Part shown: positions 12,610 through 24,590 of the stretch, piece by piece
Numbering within the stretch: the first letter of the stretch is position 1
Layout: every line of letters starts with the position of its first letter
Origin: Eledone cirrhosa
Lineage: Eukaryota
DNA: 64,000 bases
Assembly (NCBI GenBank): GCA_964016885.1
Contig: OZ024748.1
Span: forward strand, 44,392,001 to 44,456,000
Direction of reading: 5' to 3'
Notes under the pieces: generated by a model
The model's input: only the letters and a program-made list of their open reading frames with translations
The model's database searches: none
Told to the model about the DNA's origin: nothing
Translations under genes and position numbers: made by a program

Positions 12610-13874
12610 TACACACACAGGGTGTAACTGTTTTGTAACACGTCTAACTACACATCCTAGTGAAATATATACTCTCTCATACACACTCATACAGACACAC
12701 TCATACAAACACACTCACACGCATACATACACATACGTGCATACACACAGACACACACACGTTATGGGTGTAAATATTTTGTAATACACACTAACTACAT
12801 AGTCAAATGAAACTAGTTTCTCTCTCATGCATACACACACACACACACGCATACACACACTCACGCATACGTGCATACATACGCATACGTACATACACAC
12901 ACACTCACGCACACACTCAAACACATACACATACGTGCATACATAAACACACACTAACACACTCACACGTACAGATACGTACACACGCACACACATACAC
13001 ATACGTGCATACATACACTCATATACACATACACACAGCTTTAGTCTATTTTGATGCAGTGTTTTTTGTAATACAGGTTAACTACATATACAGGTAAAAC
13101 ACACACACACATATATACATTCAGATACACACTCATATTCATACACTCACTCACACACATATTGACACACACACTCACTCATTCACACACGCACATTCTC
13201 ACACACATATATACATTCACATACACACACATATTGATACACACACTCACTCACACACACACATTCTCACACACACACACACACACATATGCATTCACAT
13301 ACACACACATATTTATACACACATTCATATACACACATGCTCAAACACACTTTGGGCGTAACTATTCTGAAATACACACTACATACCCAGGTGAAATACA
13401 CACACACACACACACATATACATATGCATATTCTCTCTCTCTCACACACACACACACATATATATATATATACATATTCTCTCTCACACACACCACACAC
13501 ATATATATATACATATACATATTCTCTCTCACACACACACATATATATACATATACAAATGCTAGCGTGGAAAATGGACGTCAAACGAAGATGATGATAA
13601 GATGATGATATTCTCGCTCACACACACACACACACACATACATATACATATACACTCTCACACACACACATATATACATATACACTCTCATACACACATA
13701 TATACATATTCCCTCTCACACACACACACACATACATATACATATACACTCTCACACACACATATATACATATACACTCTCACACACACATATATACATA
13801 TTCCCTCTCACACACACACACACATATACATATTCCCTCTCACACACACACACATATTTATACATATACACCCT

Positions 13875-13906
<32 letters not shown>

Positions 13907-14740
13907 CACCCTCACACATATATACATATACACCCTCACACACACACACATATATACATATTCCCTCTCACACACACACATATATACATATACACTCTCA
14001 CACACACATATATACATATTCCCTCTCTCACACACACATATATACATATACACTCTCACACACACACATATATACATATACACTCTCACACACACACATA
14101 TACATATACACTCTCACACACACACACATATATATACATATACACTCTCACACACATACACATATATATACATATACACTCACACACACACACATATATA
14201 CATATACACTCTCATACACACACATATATACATATACATATTCTCTCTCACACACACACATATATATACATATTCCCTCTCACACACATACACATATATA
14301 TACATATACACTCTCACACATATATACATATACACTCACACACACACCTATCTATATATACACATATTTATATATATATATACATATTCCCTCTCACACA
14401 CACACACATACATATACACTCTCACACACACACACATATATATACATATACACTCTCACACACACACATATATACATATACACTCTCACACACACACATA
14501 TATACATATACATATTCTCTCACACACACACACACACATATATATACATATTCCCTCTCACACACACACACATATATATACATATACACTCTCACACACA
14601 CACACACATATATATACATATTCCCTCTCACACACACACACATATATACATATACACTCTCACACACATATATACATATACATATTCTCTCTCACACACA
14701 CACACACATATACATATACACTCTCACACACACACACTTT
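12312..14740. repeat. Compound (CA)/(TA)/(CT) low-complexity block
   Basis: Directly visible. Confidence 0.95.
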
Positions 14741-14949
14741 TGGTGTAACTCTTCTGAAATACACACTACACTCAGTATACACCCACCCAGACATTGTTTG
14801 AGGGAGGTTTAGCTGTTGTTTCTAGTACATCACTTCACCATAAAGAGGACTTCCTTGTTGACATATCCAGAATGTGTTGTTGCTGTATAGTGTGTATATA
14901 CTAACCATATATACACCTTTTATATATATATACACCTTTTATATATATA

Positions 14950-15488
14950 TAACAAAGTGCAGGGCAATAAAGATAGACGGTAGCCACGGAATAGGCAGAC
15001 CTAGAAAAACCTGGGATGAGCTGATAAACTCCGACCTCACACACTTACACCTCTCCAAGACAATGTCACTGGACCGAGACCTTTGGCGGTAATCAGTAAC
15101 AGAGAAGACCCGCCTTGCCAGTAGGCATCTCTAACAAAATACACCCCGTCCCGCCACCACCCCCACCCATCCACACCACCCCGTCCTATGTAAAGTTATG
15201 TTGGTGCCGCGCCATCCAGGCCGAAACAAATGAGATCGTGTAGGTGTCACGACAAAAAAACACACAGTCCACGCTGTAATGTGGCCGTGTAGGCAACACG
15301 GTAAAAACCTCCCAGTCCCACACTGTAAATGTGGTTGGTGTTAGGAAGGGCATCCAGCTGTAGAAAACCCGCCAGACAGTCCTATGCGAGCAAGACAACC
15401 ACTCTTGCCTCAAGTGGGACTACCCCCGTCCAAACCCATGCAAGCGTGGAACACGGACGTTAAACGTTGATGATGATGATGATGATGA
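14950..15488 (+). mobile_element. Short 3'-end copy of the RTE family at 3647
   Basis: Encodes KCRAIKIDG..GRPRKTWDELINSDL followed by the same 3'UTR and (ATG)n. Confidence 0.88.
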
Positions 15489-15514
15489 TATCGTGGGTGT
15501 AAATGGCTTGACAC

Positions 15515-16689
15515 ACGTGCAGACACAGAAACACACACACTCACACACTCATACACGCACACACACTCACACACTCATACACACACACACACACTCATAC
15601 ACAGATGCACACACACACACTCACACACACACACACACTCATACACAGATACACACACACACACTCATACACAGATACACATACACACATACACAGACAC
15701 ACTCATACACAGATACACATGCTCACACTCATACACAGATACACATACACACACACACTCATACACAGATACACATGCACATACACACACACACACACTC
15801 ATACACAGATACACATACACACTCATACACAGATACACATGCACACACATACACACACACATTCATACACAGATACACATGCACACACACTCATACACAG
15901 ATACACACACTCACACTCATACACAGATACACATGCACACACACTCATACACAGATACACATGCACACACACATACACACAGATACACACACACACTCAT
16001 ACACAGATACACATGCACATACACACACACACTCATACACAGATACACATGCACACACACAGATACACATACACACACACACTCATACACAGATACACAT
16101 GCACATACACACACACACACACTCATACACAGATACACATACACACTCATACACAGATACACATGCACACACATACACACACACATTCATACACAGATAC
16201 ACATGCACACACTCATACACAAATACACGCACACTCATACACAGATACACATGCTCATACACAGATACACACACACACTGATTCACACTACACACACAAA
16301 TGCACATACACAGATACACACGCACACACATACACATACATACACAAACACACAGTTACACACATACATTCATACACATACACAAACACGCACACCCACA
16401 CACACATACACACATCCTGAGTATGTTGTAAGTAAATAAATACGCAGTAATCATATGCTAACCTCTCAATATATACACTCACTCATCTATGTGTGTATGT
16501 ATATATATATATATATACATCTGTGAATATATGTATATATGTGTGTGTATATATATTTACATATGTGAATATATGTATATATGTGTGTATATATATATAC
16601 ATGTGTGAATATATGTATATATGTATATATACATATATATGTGTGTGTGTGTGTGTGTATATATATATACATGTGTGAATATATGTATT

Positions 16690-16738
<49 letters not shown>

Positions 16739-16789
16739 GTGTGAATATATGTATATGTGTGTGTATATATATATACATCTGTGAATAAA

Positions 16790-16830
<41 letters not shown>

Positions 16831-16915
16831 ATATATGTATTTGTGTGTGTGTATATATATATATGTGTGAATATATGTATTTGTGTGTGTGTATATATAC
16901 ATCTGTGAATATATG

Positions 16916-16968
<53 letters not shown>

Positions 16969-17021
16969 GTGTGAATATATGTATTTGTGTGTGTGTGTAT
17001 ATATACATCTGTGAATATATG

Positions 17022-17082
<61 letters not shown>

Positions 17083-17170
17083 GTGTGAATATATGTATTT
17101 GTGTATAAATATATATATATACGTGTACGTATGTATGTATATATACATGTGGGAATATATATATATATTT
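15515..17170. repeat. ctcatacacagatacac minisatellite followed by gtgaatatatgta/(TA)n block
   Basis: Directly visible. Confidence 0.95.
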
Positions 17171-17388
17171 ATAATGTATGTTTTGCGTGTTTGTTTATAT
17201 ATATAAACACAAGGTGTCCCAAAAAATGTGTACACACATGATTAGAATGCTGTTAAAGTGTGTATACATTTTTGGGGGACACCCTGTATATACACACATG
17301 CACACTCTTGTATGTGTGTGTATGTATCTATATTTATGTGTGCGTTTTATTTGTCTGAGTGAGTATATTTATAATGTATATGTGTGTA

Positions 17389-17457
<69 letters not shown>

Positions 17458-17761
17458 ATACACAGTGCGTCCCCAAAAAATGTATACACACTTCCACAGC
17501 ATTTAAATCAAAGTGTGTTTACATTTTTGGGGACACATTATATATATATATATGTATATGTGTCTGTATGTGGTCCCAAAATATGTATACCCACTTCAAC
17601 AGCATTCTAATCAAAGTATGTATACATTTTTGTGGGACACCCTGTATGTGTGTGTGTATATATATATATATGCATGCATACACTTTACACATCCTGTGAC
17701 TCACGCATTTGTAAATATTCTGACACACATATCCTATGTTTAACGTAACACAACCTTCCAA

Positions 17762-17800
<39 letters not shown>

Positions 17801-18264
17801 CACAAGCACACAGGCACACACACACAAGCACACACTCACCCAAATACATGAGCAGACACCACATACATCCTGTGACACATACATAACTTTTTCCACACGT
17901 GCACACACACACACACTCACACGTACACAAATTCCAATGTATTGTTAAAATATGTACTCCCCCTCCCCCACCCACTTTTACTACCCCTGTCCCCTCCCTC
18001 CACCATTACTACCCCTGTCTCACCCCCACCCCCCACCCCTCACTAATTCTTAGGTTCAGTAATACAACATAGCTATGTACTAAAATGAACAGGTGTATGT
18101 CCAAACACACATACATAACACTATATACACACATATGTATATATGTATACAGACACACATGTATATATGTATACACACACACATATTTATGCATGTGTGT
18201 ATGTATGTATGTATGTATTTATATATGTACATATACATACATCTCTCTCTATATATATATATAT

Positions 18265-18603
18265 GGAGGCACATGGCTTAGTGGTTAGAGCATTGGCCTT
18301 GCAATCGAAAGGTTGTGAGTTCAATTCTCAGACCGAGTGATGTGTTGTTTCCTTGAGCAAGAGACTTTATTTCACATTGCTCCAGTTTACTCAGCTGTAG
18401 AAATGAGATGATAGGGACTGGGGTCCATATCATTCCACTGCAAAGTGGTCGTAGAGGTGCCACGGCAAAAATGCACCCAGCACTCACTGTAAATGAGGTT
18501 GGTGTTAGGAAGGGCATCCAGCTGTAGAAATCAAGCCAGAATCAGTTCCCATCCCACCCTTGCAAGCAGGGAAAAGCGGACGTAAAATGATGATGATGAT
18601 GAT
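18265..18603 (+). mobile_element. SINE family A
   Basis: Full copy with (ATG)n tail. Confidence 0.88.
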
Positions 18604-18730
18604 ATACACGTGTGTGTGTGTATATATATATAGAGTTCAGAATTAGCCGTTGAAACGGCTTGAACTCAGCCATCGGGTTCTACTCGTTCCTATATATATA
18701 TACAGACATATACATATGTTTGTGTGTGGG

Positions 18731-21640
18731 CATCATCATCATCGTCATCATCATCATCATTTTACATCCACTTGTCACGGTCCTTCGTCATCTGCACCGT
18801 GAGCTTCAGCGATGTGAAGTCTGTTCTCACCACCTCCCCCCCCCCCCATGTTTTTCGTGGTCTACTTCTACTACGTCTTCCTTCATCTGGCATTTCCTGA
18901 CACTTCTTCACCCATCGGTCATCCTCCATGCGCATCACATGTCCATACCACCGCAGTCTCCTCTCCCGTACACTACACAGTTTCTCTCTCAACACATTTA
19001 TGCTGGGTCGTTCACGCACATTTACACTGCACTTCCGACGGAGCATGCTTGCCTTATTTCTCTCCAGCGGACGCATGTCCTGTGCAGTTGCTGTCCATGT
19101 CTCACTACCATGCAACATCGCCCTCCCCACACAGGCATCATATAACCGGCCTTTCGTACGCAGGGAGAAACTCTTCTTCGTCAGTAGAGGAAGCAGCTCC
19201 CTGAACTTCTTCCAACCCGTCCTTATTCTAGATACTATGGCCTCGGAACACCCCCCTCCCATGCTAATCTGATCTCCTGGGTACCGGAAGCTGTCCACCA
19301 CTTCTATAGCACCCGCCTGCATTTGAAAAATGTGTCTATCTACTGTCTAATTTCCCTGTACATCTACTGCATACGTATTTCTCCCTACCTGTTAGTTTGC
19401 CTGCTCTCCCACTACATCTCTTGTGTACCCCGGATCTGCATTGTGTGCATTTTATAGAATTTATGCCAGTTCCTTTTCTGTATATCGAACATGGCCATTT
19501 CCCTGATGGAATCAGAGTTTTGTCCTCTTTTCTACTCATCAACACTTTTGTCTTAGCTAGGTTCACTCTCAGTCCTCTTGCTTCCAACTGCTGTTTCCAT
19601 AGCCAGAATTTATTCTCTAGCTCCTCTACTAATTCTGCTATAAGAACCAGATCATCAGCATAGAGAAGTTCCCATGGACAGCCAGTCTTAAACTCCTCTG
19701 TTATGGCTTGGAGGACTATAATGAACAAGAGTGGGCTGAGGACCGAACCTTGATGTACTCCTACTTGTATCTGGAATTCCTCACTAAACTCCATTCCTAC
19801 CCTGACTTTACTGACAGCACCTCTGTACAAAGTTTTCACTGTCCTCACAAGCCATTCCTCAACACCTAGTTTCCTTAGGGACCACCAGATGACAGATCGG
19901 AGTGCCTTATCAAAGGCCTTCTCTGGGTCAACAAAGGTTAAGTATAGTGGCTTATTCTTCTCTAAGAACCTCTCTTGTAATTGTCTCACCAAGAAGAGGG
20001 CATCTGTTGTACTTTTCCCAGGCACAAAACCAAACTGCATCTCATCTAGTTTGACCCTTTCTCTAATTAGTTGTGCTAATATCCATTCTGCCACTTTCAT
20101 AACCTGATCCATCAGTTTTATACCCCTATAATTGCTCCTCTCCAGAGCATCCCCTTTACCTTTGTAGCAATTTATGAGAATACTGCTGCACTAGTCTTTG
20201 GGTATGACACCACCATATATAGTCTGATTGATGATGCGTGCAACCAGTTTAGTGCCTACGTCCCCTGATGTCTTTAGCATCTCAGCAACTATCCCCGACG
20301 GTCCAGCAGCCTTACCATTTTTCATTTCCTTAATCGCCTCTTGGACCCTATATTCGTCAATCTCAATAGCTGGTCCCTCTGTCGGATCTACTGAGGGTAA
20401 TTTCTCTCTCTCCCATTCGTTCTCCACATTCATCAGTTTCTCATAATGACATTTCTAGGCCTCCTTTTTCTGATCATTCGTGACACTAAGTAGACCGGCA
20501 TCATACCGGACACATTTATCTCCAACAACATTCTGATTTGCATTGACACACTGCCTTGCAATATGGAACACCGCACGCCTCTGATCTTCCTGTCGCAGAA
20601 CATTGGCAAACCTCCTACTCTCAGCCTCCCTACGTGCTAAGTACACCTGACGTCTAGCTTCTCTCTTAGCGGCTGTATATCCTTCTCTACTCCCACCCTT
20701 TTTCCAAGCCTTCCATGCTAGTCTTTTGTCTCTAATGGCCCTATCTACTGTGCTGTTCCACCACCAGGTCACTCTCTGTCTGGTTGGAGCTCTGCTCCAG
20801 CCACAAGTTTCATCAGTAGCCTGCAGTAAGTTGTCACATAACAATTTCCAGTTATTATCTGTCATACGACTCTAAATTGTCTTCTTTTTCATCATACCCA
20901 TCTTGAAGGGCTTTCCTGAATTTGTATTTTAGTGAAAGGTCTTTTAGCTTCCAGACCTTTCTTTTCCACAGCTTCCTGTATGTCTCATTTCATCTCTTGC
21001 TTACTGAGATATCACTAACGACTCACCTATGCTGTGGGGTACATTCTTCCCCAGGGTATGCCTTGGTATTTGACACCATCTGCCTGTCCCGCTGCCTAAC
21101 TAGTAAGAAGTCAATCTGGCTTATGTGCTCGCCTGATTTGTAGTTTATTAGGTGATTGGCAGGTTTCTGGAAGTTAGTGTTGCAAATAGACAGTGTACTT
21201 GCATCACAAAATTCAAGAAGTTTCACTCCTTCTTCATTTCTTGAGCCGTAACCATGCCCACCATGTACCCCAGTGTAACCATCCTGGAGCTGTCCAATAT
21301 GACCATTGAAGTCCCCTGCTAGCATAACGATGTCTCCATCCTCTGTTATTGCGGCTGTTTGTAAAAGTTGCTCGTAAAAGCAGCCTTTCTCTTCTTTGCC
21401 TAGGCCTGCTTGGGGAGCATAGGCCGAGATGATTGTCAGTAGTCTCCTGCCTACAACTAATCTAAGCTTAATTATTCGATTACTAACTCGAACTACCTCT
21501 ATTGTATTATTGAGCCATCTCTTAGCCAGGAAAATGCCTACTCCCCCTAACCCATCATCCTTACCTACCCAGAATAGCTTATAGCTAAGACGTTTGCCTA
21601 CGACTAGTCTCGCAGAGGCACCTCTCCATCTCACCTCTTG
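18731..21640 (-). mobile_element. Near-complete RTE-clade LINE (APE endonuclease + RT), frameshifted
   Basis: APE motifs QEVRW, SAYAPQ, GDFNGH, QIDFLL; RT motifs QFGF, QGSVLSP, YADD. Stop at 18762 is followed directly by an (ATG)n tail. Confidence 0.95.
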
Positions 21641-21842
21641 CACTGTTATTTTAATAAATATTTGCTCTACGGTTCTTATATATATCTGATATATATTTAT
21701 CCTTATCGAGCCCTCTTGGGATTTAATCTTCAAATTTATTATTATTACTATATATATATAAAAAGACCCCCTTTGGTCAAGAATGACCATTGGATTTGTA
21801 TACATACATGTATATGTTTATATATATATATATATATATATA

Positions 21843-22137
<295 letters not shown>

Positions 22138-22247
22138 CACACACATATTTGTGTGTATATATATGTGTGTATGTGTTTGTGTGTGTGTGTGTGTGAGTCA
22201 AAACACATACATCCATGTATTAATATATAAATAATACAATATATATT

Positions 22248-22551
22248 GTGATGTGTTGTTTCCTTGAGCAAGACACTTTATTTCACATTGCAGTTCACTC
22301 AGCTGTATAAATGAGGACTGGGGTCCCTATCATTCCACTGCAAAGTGGTCGTTGAGGTGCCATGGCCAAAAAGGACAGGGTGCACACTGTAAAGTGGCCG
22401 TGTAGGCGCCACGGCAAAAAAGCACCCAGCACTCACTGTAAATGAGGTTGGTGTTAGGAAGGGCATCCAGCTGTAGAAATCAAGCCAGAATCAGTTCCCG
22501 TCCCACCCTTGTAAGCAGGGAAAAGCGGACGTAAAATGAAATGATGATGAT
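22248..22551 (+). mobile_element. SINE family A, lacking the tRNA head
   Basis: Starts at gatgtgttgtttccttgagc and has the full tail. Confidence 0.8.
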
Positions 22552-23195
22552 ATAGTTACAATATATTGGCTGGTGTTTTGAATTTCTTGCTCAAGCAATA
22601 AATTTTTTAATAAACCTAATTGATTGACTTTCATTATTTATTGCCAATATCTTTGTTTAAAGAATAAAATATAGAAATATAATAGAAATAAAATAATATA
22701 AACTGCTTAACTTCTCTGACTTATTTTTAACTGTCATTATCTCAAGTGGAAATGGTAATGTTTTTTTAGTTTTAGTTTAGATTTTTTAGAATTTTAGAAT
22801 TTTATTTAATTTAATTATTTTTTAATTATTATTTTATATATTGTTGTTTTTGCCTCCTCTTCTCTCATTCTTTTTTCTTTCTCTCTTTTCAGTTTAAACT
22901 TGTCTCTCTCTCTATCCATTCATTCAAATAGTCTATCTTTCTCTTTATCTCTCTGCCTGTCGCTCTTTTTTGCTTTCCATATTACATCAGTTTCTCTCTC
23001 CGTCCATCTATCTGTCCATCCATCTATTCATTCAAGTGGTCTATCTGTCTATCGCTCCATCTAACCATCCATTCAAGAGGTTTATCTATCTGTCACTCTG
23101 TCTATCTCTCCATCCATCCATCCAGTCTATTTGTCTGTCTATCCATCCATCTAACCATCCATTCAAGTGGTCTATTTGTCTGTCTATCTATCCAT

Positions 23196-24142
23196 GGGTG
23201 CCTGGCATATTGAATGCGCTCAGGTGCTCACAGTCCTCTGGCAAGCGGGCGCAGCAATCAGTGGAGACTTCACTTCGACATTCTATAGAGGGATTGTACG
23301 TTACAAGGGCGACAACGTGCTCGGAGAGACTCTGGGCGTCGAAGACGATGAGCTCACCAGTCTGTTTGGTAGGACTTTCCACCAGGGACCTATGGACAAC
23401 TTCCAGAGGTCCCTGGCCTGGCAGTGCTACCGAGGAGCTCTACCGGTTCGTGACAAGATCTACAGGCACGGACGCCCCGGCAGGGATCCTTCCAAGAGGA
23501 CGTGTCCAAGATGCACGCAGGACATTGAAACTGTCCTGCACGCAATTGTACACTGCCCCGGCGTAACCGACCTGTGGAACTATGCAGAACAACTGCTGTC
23601 GCGTATGGGACAAATCCAGTTGACTGCCGAGTCCATAGTAAGGATCAAACCGCCAGCCTCTTTCAAAAACGAAAGAGAGGCGGTTTTCCTCTGTACAGTG
23701 GCTATGGTGAAAGAAATTATATGGTAGACGAGATTGAGAGGACTGAGGACAGATGCCTTTCTCTCCGGACAACAATTGATTCCCTTCTTTAAGTATCACT
23801 TTAGAAGGAGAGAGAGAGACACTGCACCCCAGTAAATTTACTGAAAGGTGGGTGAATGTGGCAAAAATGGCCCGAGTGATTGGGCCTTCTCTGTTTATAA
23901 GCCTGTAGGTTGAGGAAGAGAGCAAAAGGAAGAAAGAAGCACTTGCACAACACGTTCCTGAAGTTGAGGGTTGTTCTATCGACGGGGTATTAAACAACCC
24001 ATTTGTGGCGCTTCCCCCGCTATTGGGGATTTCAAGTGTTATAATTGTTTGTTTTATATTTTTTATACAACTGTATGTAAAATCCCCGGCATGTCTTTGT
24101 ATTGTCCCCTTTTCTTGTGCGCCCTTGTGGCAAATAAAGAAA
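23196..24142 (+). mobile_element. 3' fragment of an L1/Tx1-clade LINE with 13-bp target-site duplication
   Basis: C-terminal zinc knuckle CPRC..ETVLHAIVHC and LAWQCYRGALPVRD. Ends gcAATAAAgaaa. Flanked by tctatctatccat at 23183-23195 and 24143-24155. Confidence 0.85.
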
Positions 24143-24464
24143 TCTATCTATCCATCTAACAATCCATTGAAGAGGTCTATCTATCTGTCTATCTATATCT
24201 ATCTATCTCTCCAGCTACTATCCTATGTGGACCCTGAATGGGTAAATATTAAGATGTTTACTTCACAATCATTAGATCCTAGGCTCAATCCCACAGTGTG
24301 ACATCTTGGACATTACTTACTATTGTCCCAGACTGACCAACACCTTGACATCTTGGACATTTACCATTGTCCCATTTTATCGTCCATCATTGTTTGGCCT
24401 TCTTACATCAATGTTTTATATATTATATTCCTTTGTTATATTCCAAGATAGCTGCTAACAAATT

Positions 24465-24481
24465 TATTTTTATCTTTTCAG
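24465..24481 (+). promoter_or_regulatory. Probable 3' splice acceptor opening the coding exon of the zinc-finger gene
   Basis: Polypyrimidine tract ending tttatcttttcAG, 110 nt upstream of the ATG. Confidence 0.5.
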
Positions 24482-24590
24482 AAATCCAGCCTCATGCTGC
24501 TGTCCCAACATTGATATCATCCAGAGTGTGTAACCTCTTCTCTAACTTCCTGCTTATGTGTGAAATCAGCTGCTATAAATACTCATCACA

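Noticed and set aside
22970-23566. 198-aa ORF upstream of the zinc-finger gene
   Set aside because: Microsatellite plus an alternative frame of the Tx1 fragment.
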